Shown here: positions 9,046 to 16,893 of the stretch, piece by piece
How the letters are laid out: each line of letters begins with the position of its first letter
How positions within the stretch are numbered: position 1 is the first letter of the stretch
Source of the DNA: an uncultured Armatimonadetes bacterium
Lineage (GTDB): Bacteria > Armatimonadota > Hebobacteria > Hebobacterales > Hebobacteraceae
Length of the DNA stretch: 64,000 nt
Direction of reading: 5' to 3'
Assembly: GCA_963716175.1 (NCBI GenBank)
Contig: OY970296.1
Location: 3,360,001 to 3,424,000, forward strand
Notes under the pieces: generated by a model
Databases searched by the model: none
What the model was told of the DNA's origin: nothing
Seen by the model: the letters and a program-made list of their open reading frames with translations, nothing else
Program-made: the position numbers and the translations under genes

Positions 9046-10504
9046 TGACAGTGCGGAGGAAAGTCTATTCCCCGAGGCCTGCCCTGAGCGCAGCCGAAGG
9101 GAGCGCAAGGCGGCGCACGAGGCCGAGGGACGGCACGTGCCGCTGGCCGCCCGGATGCGGCCGCGCTCCCTCGAAGAGTTCGTGGGGCAGGAGCAGATAG
9201 TCGCGCCTGGCACCTATCTCCGGCACGCCATCGAGCACGATGAACTGTCCTCCGTGATTCTCTACGGGCCGGCCGGCACTGGCAAGAGCACCCTCGCCCG
9301 CATCATCGCCCGCTACACCAGAGCCCACTTCGAAGGCTACAGCGCGGTCACCTCCGGGGTGGCCGATATCCGCCGGGTCACCGCGCAGGCCGCAGAGCGG
9401 ATGAAGCTGCGGGGCCAGAAGACCATCCTGTTCGTGGACGAGATCCATCGCTTCAACAAGGCCCAGCAGGACGCGTTTCTGCCTTTCGTCGAGGACGGGA
9501 CCATCATCCTGATCGGGTCCACCACCGAGAACCCATACTTCGAGATCAACGCGCCACTGGTCAGCCGCTCGCGCATCTTCGTGTTCGAGCCCTTGACCGA
9601 GGAGCAGATAGGGCTGATTGTGGATCGCGCGCTGGCCGACCCCGAGCGGGGACTGGGGGCAGGTCGCGGACCCGCCCTACGGCTGGCGCCGGAGGGGCGA
9701 GCGCACGTCATCAACCTGGCCAATGGCGATGCGCGGGCGGCACTCAATGCCCTGGAGGCGGCCGCGCTCCAGGCAGAGGAGCAGCAGGGTGGCGACCGGG
9801 TGATCACGCTGGAGATGGTGGAGGACGCGGCGCAGCGGCGAGCCCTGAAGTACGACAAAGAGGGCGACACGCACTATGACGTGATCTCGGCCTACATCAA
9901 GAGCTTGCGCGGTGGAGACCCCGATGCTGCGCTCTACTGGCTGGCGCGCATGATCTCGGCGGGAGAGGACCCGCGGTTCATCGCCCGCCGGCTGATCGTG
10001 CAGGCCGCGGAGGATGTGGGCAACGCGGACCCGATGGCCCTGGTGGTGGCGACGGCGGCGGCGCACGCGGTGGAGTACGTGGGCCTGCCGGAGGCGCAGA
10101 TCCCGCTGGCCCAGGCCACCATCTACGTCGCCACCGCGCCCAAGAGCAATGCCTCCTATCTGGGCATCGCGCGCGCCATGGAGGATGTGCGCAACCGCGT
10201 GGTTCCGCTGGTGCCAAAGCACCTGCGAGACTCCAACTACCCTGGGGCGGCCAGGTTCGGCCATGGCGAGGGCTATCAGTATCCGCACGACTTCCCGGGA
10301 CACTTCGTGCCGCAGGAATATCTGCCCGAGGGCACCAGGTCGCGGGCCTATTACGAGCCGGGTGAGCTGGGCTATGAGAAGCGAATCGGGGAGCGGATGC
10401 GGGAGTGGGAGCGGCGGCGCAGAGAAGCGGTGAGCCCAGAGGAGGGGCGCGAGTCCGCGGAGGACGGCGGGCATGGGCAGGCCCGCCCTAGAGATGAAGC
10501 CTGA
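9032..10504 (+). CDS. rarA: Replication-associated recombination protein A (MgsA/RarA)
   Basis: PLAARMRP, Walker A GPAGTGKST, FVDEIHRFNKAQQD, TTENPYF and YPHDF. Confidence 0.95.
   Translation: MTRRDDSAEESLFPEACPERSRRERKAAHEAEGRHVPLAARMRPRSLEEFVGQEQIVAPGTYLRHAIEHDELSSVILYGPAGTGKSTLARIIARYTRAHFEGYSAVTSGVADIRRVTAQAAERMKLRGQKTILFVDEIHRFNKAQQDAFLPFVEDGTIILIGSTTENPYFEINAPLVSRSRIFVFEPLTEEQIGLIVDRALADPERGLGAGRGPALRLAPEGRAHVINLANGDARAALNALEAAALQAEEQQGGDRVITLEMVEDAAQRRALKYDKEGDTHYDVISAYIKSLRGGDPDAALYWLARMISAGEDPRFIARRLIVQAAEDVGNADPMALVVATAAAHAVEYVGLPEAQIPLAQATIYVATAPKSNASYLGIARAMEDVRNRVVPLVPKHLRDSNYPGAARFGHGEGYQYPHDFPGHFVPQEYLPEGTRSRAYYEPGELGYEKRIGERMREWERRRREAVSPEEGRESAEDGGHGQARPRDEA
9077..9101. repeat. 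25-nt element GCCTGCCCTGAGCGCAGCCGAAGGG in frame in the rarA N-terminus
   Basis: Its reverse complement matches 10648-10672 in mnmA at 21 of 25 positions. Confidence 0.65.
9657..9680. repeat. CTAC-tagged REP-like palindrome inside rarA
   Basis: GGGCAGGTC-GCG-GACCCGCCC-TAC; 23/24 identical to 50040-50063 in tgt. Confidence 0.8.
10466..10491. repeat. REP-like palindrome in the rarA C-terminal tail, just upstream of mnmA
   Basis: GGCGGGCATGGGCAGGCCCGCCCTAG. Confidence 0.7.
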
Positions 10505-11609
10505 GCGCATCGCCGTCGCCATGAGCGGCGGGGTGGACAGCTCGGTGGCGGCGGCGCTGCTGGTGGCGCAGGGCTGCGAAGTGGTGGGCCTTACCATGCA
10601 GATCTGGCCGCGGGAGGAGCGGGCCGAGGTTTGCCCCGGCATACGGTCTCCTCGGCTGGGCTCAGGCCAGGCCTGCTGCGGGTTGGACGCGGTGCAGGAC
10701 GCGCGCCGGGTGGCCCGGGCGCTGGGCATCCGGCACTATGTGCTCAACTTGCGGGAGGCCTTTCAGCGGCAGGTGATTGATGTCTTCTGCGACGAGTACC
10801 TGCGGGGCCGGACGCCTAACCCCTGCATTCTCTGCAACACCTATGTCAAGTTTGGTGATCTGCTGCGGCGCGCCCGCGAGATCGGCGCCGAACGGCTGGC
10901 CACCGGCCACTATGCGCGCGTGGGCTGGGATGAGAGCAGGCAGCGGTGGGTGATCCGGCGCGCCGTTGACAGGGCCAAAGACCAATCCTATACTCTCTTC
11001 GACCTGCGGCAGGAGCAGCTCGCGAGGGCGCTTTTCCCGGTCGGGGACATGACCAAATCGGAGACGCGCGCCGAGGCGGCGCGGCTCGGCCTGTCAGTGT
11101 CGCACAAACCCGAAAGCCAGCAGATCTGCTTTGTATCCGGCCGCAGCTATGCGGAGTACCTGAAGCAGCAGCGCCCAGGGGCCGCCAGGCCGGGGCCGAT
11201 CGTGGACCGGGAGGGGCGGCAGATAGGAAGACACCAGGGGGTGATCTTCTATACTGTGGGGCAGCGACACGGGCTTCGGGTGGCGGGGGGAACTCCGTGG
11301 TACGTGACCGGGATTGATGCTGAGGCGAACCGGGTGATCGTGGGCGGGGAAGAGGAGCTGCGGGCGCGGGGGTTGTGGATGCGGCCGGTGAACTACGTGG
11401 CGCTGCCTGAGCTCCCCCAGGAGGGCGCGAAGCTACAGGTCAAGATCCGCTACGGCGCGCCGCCGGTGGCCTGCCGGGCCTGGGCGGAGGACGGGGGTGT
11501 GGCGCTGCGGTTCTGGCGGCGGCAGCGGGCGGTAGCGCCAGGACAGGCCGCGGTGTGCTATGATAGAGATGCCGTCGCCTTCGGCGGACTGATCGAGTCC
11601 GCCAGGTGA
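10494..11609 (+). CDS. mnmA: tRNA 2-thiouridylase
   Basis: AMSGGVDSS, RTPNPCILCN, ATGHYAR, KDQSY and ESQQICF motifs. Confidence 0.96.
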   Translation: MKPERIAVAMSGGVDSSVAAALLVAQGCEVVGLTMQIWPREERAEVCPGIRSPRLGSGQACCGLDAVQDARRVARALGIRHYVLNLREAFQRQVIDVFCDEYLRGRTPNPCILCNTYVKFGDLLRRAREIGAERLATGHYARVGWDESRQRWVIRRAVDRAKDQSYTLFDLRQEQLARALFPVGDMTKSETRAEAARLGLSVSHKPESQQICFVSGRSYAEYLKQQRPGAARPGPIVDREGRQIGRHQGVIFYTVGQRHGLRVAGGTPWYVTGIDAEANRVIVGGEEELRARGLWMRPVNYVALPELPQEGAKLQVKIRYGAPPVACRAWAEDGGVALRFWRRQRAVAPGQAAVCYDRDAVAFGGLIESAR

Positions 11610-11621
11610 GAGAGTGAGGTC

Positions 11622-12032
11622 ATGTCAGAGATCGCAGCCATAGCGGTTACCATTGCGGCGCTGGCCGTGCTGGCGTTAGTGATCCGGGTCTTCCTGCTCG
11701 CAAGGCGGGTGCAGAAGGTGTGGGAACGGCTGGATCGGACCATCGAGTCCGAGTTGACGCCGGGTATCCGGGCCTGGGGGGACGCCGGACGAGGTGTTCA
11801 GCAGGCGGCCGGGAAGCTCGCCAACGGGCTCTCCGTGCTCACCAGGGTGATCGAGCGGGCCGACCGGGTGAGCGAGAAGCTGGACTCGGGAGTGCTGCTG
11901 GCGCCGGTGTTGACCCGGGTGAGCTCCTGGCTGGCGGGGGTGCGGAGGGGACTGCAGGTGCACCAGCACAAGGGATCCGGCCGCGGGCGGGGTGGACATC
12001 CTGCGGAGGAGGAAGGAGAGCCAGGTGACTGA
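11622..12032 (+). CDS. Hypothetical protein with N-terminal TM helix and coiled coil (YtxG/DUF948-like)
   Basis: GAGG RBS, hydrophobic N-terminus, directly upstream of the anti-sigma cluster. Confidence 0.6.
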   Translation: MSEIAAIAVTIAALAVLALVIRVFLLARRVQKVWERLDRTIESELTPGIRAWGDAGRGVQQAAGKLANGLSVLTRVIERADRVSEKLDSGVLLAPVLTRVSSWLAGVRRGLQVHQHKGSGRGRGGHPAEEEGEPGD

Positions 12033-12033
12033 C

Positions 12034-12387
12034 ATGGCAACCCCACTCAAGATCGAGTCCCGCCCGGCGGGAGAGGGCGCGGTGGTGCTGGCGCTGATCG
12101 GCGAAGTGGATGTGTCCAACACCGCGCAGGTGAGAGAAGCCGCTTTGAAGCTGCTCTCTGATGGCGTGACGAAGCTGGTGATTGACCTGACCGCGACTGA
12201 GTACATGGACAGCGCGGGGCTGGGTATGCTGGTCGGGCTGCAGAAGCGGATGAAGGAGTCAGGCGGGCGGATGGCAATCGCGGGAGCGGGGCCTCGTGTG
12301 GAGAGATTGTTTGCCATCACCGGCCTCAACCAAATCTTCGCGCTGTACGGCGAGGTGGCGGCAGCGCTGAAGGAGGTGGGCGGATGA
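12034..12387 (+). CDS. rsbV: STAS-domain anti-anti-sigma factor (RsbV/SpoIIAA family)
   Basis: GEVDVSN, YMDSAGLGMLV (phosphorylatable Ser) and LFAITGL. Confidence 0.88.
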   Translation: MATPLKIESRPAGEGAVVLALIGEVDVSNTAQVREAALKLLSDGVTKLVIDLTATEYMDSAGLGMLVGLQKRMKESGGRMAIAGAGPRVERLFAITGLNQIFALYGEVAAALKEVGG

Positions 12388-12824
12388 AAGCGGTGGTGCC
12401 GTCCCAGGTGGAGCTTCGCATCCCGCGGAGCTGCGAGTTTGTCCGGGTGGCGCGCAAGACCGCGGCCGCGTTAGCACACCAGCTCGATTTCACCATCCAC
12501 GACGTGGCCGATATCGAGCTGGCGGTGAGCGAGGCCTGCACCAACGCGGTGGAGCACGTGGCGTCGGAGGAGTGCAGGGAGATCCTGGTCCGGTTCTCGG
12601 TGACCCTGGAGGAACTGGTGGTGGAGGTGGTTGACCAGGGGCCGGGGTTCGACCCCGCCCAGCCGGCGGCCGCGGAGGAGGATGGGGAGGGGTATGGGGG
12701 CCTGGGCCTGCTGGTGATCCGCGCGCTGATGGATAAGCTCGACGTCAAGTGCGATGCGGAGACCGGCACCTGTGTGCGGATGGCGAAGTACCGACGGGAC
12801 GCGGGCGGAGCCCGCGGCGACTGA
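12384..12824 (+). CDS. rsbW: Anti-sigma factor Ser kinase (RsbW family)
   Basis: DIELAVSEACTNAVEH, DQGPGFD and GGLGLLVIRALMD; ATGA overlap with the upstream gene. Confidence 0.88.
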   Translation: MKAVVPSQVELRIPRSCEFVRVARKTAAALAHQLDFTIHDVADIELAVSEACTNAVEHVASEECREILVRFSVTLEELVVEVVDQGPGFDPAQPAAAEEDGEGYGGLGLLVIRALMDKLDVKCDAETGTCVRMAKYRRDAGGARGD

Positions 12825-12873
12825 GCCTGCAGTGGGCTGCAAGCGGGAGTTTGGCTCTCGCAGGAGGCGGTAA

Positions 12874-13707
12874 GTGGAGGCGCGGGAGGCAAGAACAGAG
12901 CGGCCCGCGGAGGGTGAGGGGACTGAGCCGAAGGTGGCGCTGCCGCGGAGCGGGAGAGCGGATGCCGCTACGCCGGAGCTGTTCGCCGAGTTTCAGCAGA
13001 CCCGCGATCCCAAGGTGCGGGAGAAGCTGATTCTGGCACACATGAACCTGGTGCGCTACCTGGCGCGCAAGTTCGCCAACCGGGGGGAGCCGCTGGAGGA
13101 CCTGATCCAGGTGGGGATGATCGGGCTGATCAACGCCATTGATCGCTTCGAACCCGAGCGAGGGATTCGTTTCGCCACCTATGCCACCCCCACCGTCGTG
13201 GGCGAGATCAGGCGTTACTTCCGCGACCGGGGCTGGGCGATGAAGGTGCCGCGGCGGCTGCAGGAGCTGAGCCTGGCAACTACCAAGGCGGCAGACGAGC
13301 TGACCCAGGAGCTGAACCGCGCTCCGACCGTCAGCGAGATCGCAGCCAAGCTGCAGGTGAGCGAGGAGGAAGCACTGGAGGCGGTGGAACTGGGCGACCT
13401 CTACCAGCTTCCGTCCCTGGACACCGCGCTGACGGAGGATGACGAGGAGTCGCACGCGGTGTTGGCAGATTACGTGGGCGAGCTGGACGTAGAGATGGAG
13501 CGGTTCGAGCGGCGAAGCCGGCTTGCTCAGGCGGTGAACTCCCTGCCGCCGCGAGAGAGGACGATCATCGAGCTGCGGTTCTTCCGCAATCTCTCGCAGA
13601 CGGAAGTGGCGCGGCGCATGAAGATCTCGCAGATGCACGTATCGCGGCTGCAGCACCGCGCGATCGAGCGGCTCCGGGAGCTGGTGAAGGAACAGGAGAA
13701 CGTGTAG
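12874..13707 (+). CDS. sigB: SigB/SigF-family RNA polymerase sigma factor
   Basis: EDLIQVGMIGLINAIDRF, FATYATPTVVGEIRRYFRD and ISQMHVSRL. Confidence 0.85.
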   Translation: MEAREARTERPAEGEGTEPKVALPRSGRADAATPELFAEFQQTRDPKVREKLILAHMNLVRYLARKFANRGEPLEDLIQVGMIGLINAIDRFEPERGIRFATYATPTVVGEIRRYFRDRGWAMKVPRRLQELSLATTKAADELTQELNRAPTVSEIAAKLQVSEEEALEAVELGDLYQLPSLDTALTEDDEESHAVLADYVGELDVEMERFERRSRLAQAVNSLPPRERTIIELRFFRNLSQTEVARRMKISQMHVSRLQHRAIERLRELVKEQENV

Positions 13708-13713
13708 GCCGGA

Positions 13714-13743
13714 ATCTCGGATCTGAGATCCTGGATTCGAGAT
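13714..13743. repeat. Degenerate heptamer array ATCTCGG-ATCTGAG-ATCCTGG-ATTCGAG
   Basis: Four 7-nt units just after the sigma factor stop codon. Confidence 0.55.
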
Positions 13744-13863
13744 GAACGGCAGGTTCGCCGGGCCAGGGGACTGGCTCCGCCGGACGTGGCATATTGGGGG
13801 AAACAGGGCAGGAGAGATGCTCCTGCCTTACCTGTCTGTTATCCAGGTTCGCGGAGGGAAGGC

Positions 13864-15063
13864 TTGGATCTGCCAGCCGCGCTGGCGGCGCTGATCGTGG
13901 TGGCGGTGGTTTCCTACGTGGTCACCATCATCCACGCGGCTACCACGCGGGCGCTGGCCAGGCGGGGCGAGGGCGGCAGGCCCGAGGAGGGCCTGCTGGT
14001 GTGGCCCAGGTGGCTGACCGGGCTGGTGGCGGGTCTGCTGGTGGTGTGGCTGCTCTACCGCGTGCGCGCCATCCTGCTGCCGTTCGTGGTGGGAGCGATT
14101 GTCGCCTACCTGCTCAATCCTGCCATTGACCGGCTGGAGCGTAGGCGCTGGCCTCGCACCCACGCCATCGGGCTGGTGTTCGGGGTCTTCCTGCTGATCT
14201 TCGTCATCGCCATCCTGCTGGTGGTGCCGGCGGTGGCCTCGCAGGCGCAGGACTTGAGCAGCGGCTACAGCGCTTACGCCAAGGACGCGCGGGACCTGGT
14301 GGCGCGGGCGCGGGAGAAGGCCGAGCTCTGGGGCCAGGTGCTGGGGCTGGTCCCGAACCAGACACGGGAGGCCTTCGAGAACGTGGGGGCAAGGGCCCAA
14401 AGCTACGCGCTCAGCCTGCTCAATGAAGCCCTGGGTATGGTGAACCGCTCCCTGGTAATCGTGTCTCTGCTCATCATCTCCCCGGTGGTGGCGTTCTGGC
14501 TGCTGCGAGACTACCACGACCTGGGCCGGCGGGTGCTGCGGGTGCTGCCGGAGCGACAGCGGGAGCCCGCGCTGGTGATCCTGAGAGACATCAACCAGGT
14601 CGCTGGCGGCTATCTGCTGGGCATGGCGATGATGGCCCTGATCGTGGCCATCTACGCGGTGGTGGTGCTGACCATCGCCGGGGTCCCCTTCTCGGTGCTG
14701 CTGGGTGTGATGACAGGGGTGCTCTATATCATTCCCTATGTGGGATATCCCACCGCGGTGGTGGTCGTGGGCCTGACCATGCTGGTGACGGACAGGAACC
14801 TGGGGTTCATCTTGATCGTGCTGGCGATCCTGGTGGCGGGGAACGTGATCTCGGACTATGGCCTCTATCCGCGGGTAGTGGGGAGACGGGTGGGGGTGCA
14901 TCCACTGGTGGTGATCTTCGCCCTCCTCGCGGGGGGAGCGCTGTTCGGGTTCATCGGCGTGGTGCTAGCGGTGCCGGTGGCCGGGGCCATCAATGTCGTC
15001 GCTCAGCATTTCTGGCCGGAGCTCTACGAGCCTGAGCCGGCGGGCGCGCCCGGCAGCTCTTGA
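13864..15063 (+). CDS. AI-2E family transporter (YrrI-like)
   Basis: Multiple TM helices; AYLLNP, IIPYVG, VGVHP and LLAGGALFGFIGVVLAVP. TTG start after GGAGG. Confidence 0.88.
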   Translation: MDLPAALAALIVVAVVSYVVTIIHAATTRALARRGEGGRPEEGLLVWPRWLTGLVAGLLVVWLLYRVRAILLPFVVGAIVAYLLNPAIDRLERRRWPRTHAIGLVFGVFLLIFVIAILLVVPAVASQAQDLSSGYSAYAKDARDLVARAREKAELWGQVLGLVPNQTREAFENVGARAQSYALSLLNEALGMVNRSLVIVSLLIISPVVAFWLLRDYHDLGRRVLRVLPERQREPALVILRDINQVAGGYLLGMAMMALIVAIYAVVVLTIAGVPFSVLLGVMTGVLYIIPYVGYPTAVVVVGLTMLVTDRNLGFILIVLAILVAGNVISDYGLYPRVVGRRVGVHPLVVIFALLAGGALFGFIGVVLAVPVAGAINVVAQHFWPELYEPEPAGAPGSS

Positions 15064-15088
15064 CAGGTAGGATCGTCTATGGCGTAAT
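15060..15088 (+). promoter_or_regulatory. Probable promoter of the T-box-aspS transcript
   Basis: TTGACA-17 nt-CGTAAT with TG extension. Confidence 0.5.
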
Positions 15089-15110
15089 GCCAGAGAGAAT
15101 CTGGGATGGC

Positions 15111-15403
15111 AAAAGACCGGGAAGGGGAGGAGTAGGCGCCTGCCTGGGGCACAGAGAGCTGGGAGGAGGTGAGAGCCCAGCGCCTAGTGGCGCTGAAGGA
15201 CACCCCGGAGTCGCGGGCTGAAATCCGCAGCAGGAGAGACGGAGACTAGGCCTGGCCGGAACCCCTCCGTTATCGGGGGATGGCATGGGGTGAGAGCCCC
15301 GTGCCGGAAAGAGCGGGAGCGCAGCCGCGCTCCAAGCGGGGTGGCACCGCGAACGGCCTTTGGCCCTTCGTCCCCAAGTGGGAGACGAAGGGCTTTCGTC
15401 ATT
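15111..15403 (+). promoter_or_regulatory. T-box riboswitch (Asp specifier GAC) with terminator
   Basis: Stem I AGTA, AGAGAG and GGTGAGA motifs; specifier loop GAAG-GAC-A (GAC 15199-15201); T-box AAGCGGGGTGGCACCGCG 15334-15351; terminator GCCCTTCGTC/GACGAAGGGC 15363-15393 followed by T-rich sequence. Confidence 0.9.
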
Positions 15404-15439
15404 TCACGGCGGCTGACAGAACCGAAAGGAGGGAACATC

Positions 15440-16726
15440 ATGCCGCGGACTCTCAGCAGGGAGGTGGCGGGTCGCGCCGGCGAAGTGGTGACGGTAAAGG
15501 GATGGCTCCACAACGTGCGTGCGCTGGGCGGAGTGACCTTCGCGCTGGTGCGGGATCGCGCCGGCCTGGTGCAGGCAGTGACGGAGAATCCGGCCGACGC
15601 CGATCTGCTGCGCGACCTGGGCGCGGAGTCCGTGGTAGAGGTCTCCGGCGAGGTCGTGCCTGAGCCAAGGGCGGCGATGGGTGTGGAGATCAGGATCGGG
15701 TCGGTGGTCGTGATCTCGCCGGTGCGGCAACCGCCGCCCCTCCAGATCAACAAGGCCAGCTTGCTGGCCGGCCTGGACGCGCAGCTCGATCACCGCGCGC
15801 TCAGCCTGCGCGCTCCCCGTCTGCGCGCCATCTTCCGGGTGCAGCACGAGGTGGCCGCCTCCTTCGCCGAATTCCTGACTGCGCAGGGCTTCACCCGGAT
15901 TCACACCCCGAAGATCGTCTCCGCGGCCGCGGAAGGCGGAGCCGACCTGTTTGCGGTGGACTACTTCGGCCGCACGGTGTATCTGGCGCAGAGCCCACAG
16001 CTCTACAAACAGATCATGGTCGGGGTCTACGAGCGCGTGTTCGAGGTGGCGCCGGCCTATCGCGCGGAGAAGCACGACACCGCCCGGCACACGAACGAGT
16101 TCACCAGCCTGGACCTGGAGATGGGCTTCATCGAGAGCCACGAGGAGGTGATGGCGATGGAGAACGCCTGGCTGCGCCACCTGGCGGGAGCGCTGCGAGA
16201 GCGCTGCGCGAAGGAGTTCCGGCTGCTCGAGGCCGGCGTGCCGGAGGTGCCTGAGCGCATCCCGCGGGTCCGGCTGGCGGAGGTGCAGGAGGCGATCCGC
16301 CGTTGTCAGGGGGAGCCCGACCTGGACCCGGAGGGCGAGCGCCTGGCCTCGGCCTGGGCGCAAGAGCGCCTCGGCTCGGAGTGGCTGTTCGTCACCAACT
16401 ACGGGATAGAGAAGAGGCCTTTCTACACCATGGAGGATCCCGAGCAGCCCGGAACGGCGCGAGGCTTCGACCTGCTGCTGCGAGGGTGGGAGGTGACCAC
16501 TGGCGCGCAGCGCCTCCATCGCGTGGAGGACTACGAGCGGACGCTGCGGGCGCGGGGCATGGACCCCTCACAGTATGAGTTCTATCTGGAGACATTTCGG
16601 TATGGTATGCCGCCTCACGGAGGGCTCGGCGCTGGCCTGGAGCGAATCACCGCGCGGCTGCTGAACCTGTCGAACCTGCGGGAGGCGACACTGTTCCCGC
16701 GAGATCGCAAGCGCGTGTCGCCGTAG
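15440..16726 (+). CDS. aspS: Aspartyl-tRNA synthetase, short archaeal-type (AspRS2/ND-AspRS-like)
   Basis: OB-fold N-terminus; AEGGADLF, LAQSPQLYKQ, YRAEKH, KRPFYTM and YGMPPHGGLGAGLER; no GAD insertion domain; AGGAGG RBS. Confidence 0.9.
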   Translation: MPRTLSREVAGRAGEVVTVKGWLHNVRALGGVTFALVRDRAGLVQAVTENPADADLLRDLGAESVVEVSGEVVPEPRAAMGVEIRIGSVVVISPVRQPPPLQINKASLLAGLDAQLDHRALSLRAPRLRAIFRVQHEVAASFAEFLTAQGFTRIHTPKIVSAAAEGGADLFAVDYFGRTVYLAQSPQLYKQIMVGVYERVFEVAPAYRAEKHDTARHTNEFTSLDLEMGFIESHEEVMAMENAWLRHLAGALRERCAKEFRLLEAGVPEVPERIPRVRLAEVQEAIRRCQGEPDLDPEGERLASAWAQERLGSEWLFVTNYGIEKRPFYTMEDPEQPGTARGFDLLLRGWEVTTGAQRLHRVEDYERTLRARGMDPSQYEFYLETFRYGMPPHGGLGAGLERITARLLNLSNLREATLFPRDRKRVSP

Positions 16727-16738
16727 GCAAGATCGGCC

Positions 16739-16769
16739 GGCGGGCATGCAAGGCACGCCCGCGCTGCAG
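16739..16769. repeat. Degenerate intergenic REP-like palindrome
   Basis: GGCGGGCATGC-AAG-GCACGCCCGCG-CTGCAG. Confidence 0.65.
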
Positions 16770-16780
16770 CAACGGCCCCG

Positions 16781-16809
16781 ATGCAAGGGGCGAGCGAGTC
16801 TGCTATAAT
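16781..16809 (+). promoter_or_regulatory. alaS promoter
   Basis: ATGCAA-17 nt-TATAAT with extended -10 TG. Confidence 0.65.
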
Positions 16810-16893
16810 CACCAACACGGCGCCCGCCTTCCGCCGCCGCTGAAGCTATGGCGGACAAGCTGGCGGGCGTGGCCGTTGGAGGAGACTTGGGGC

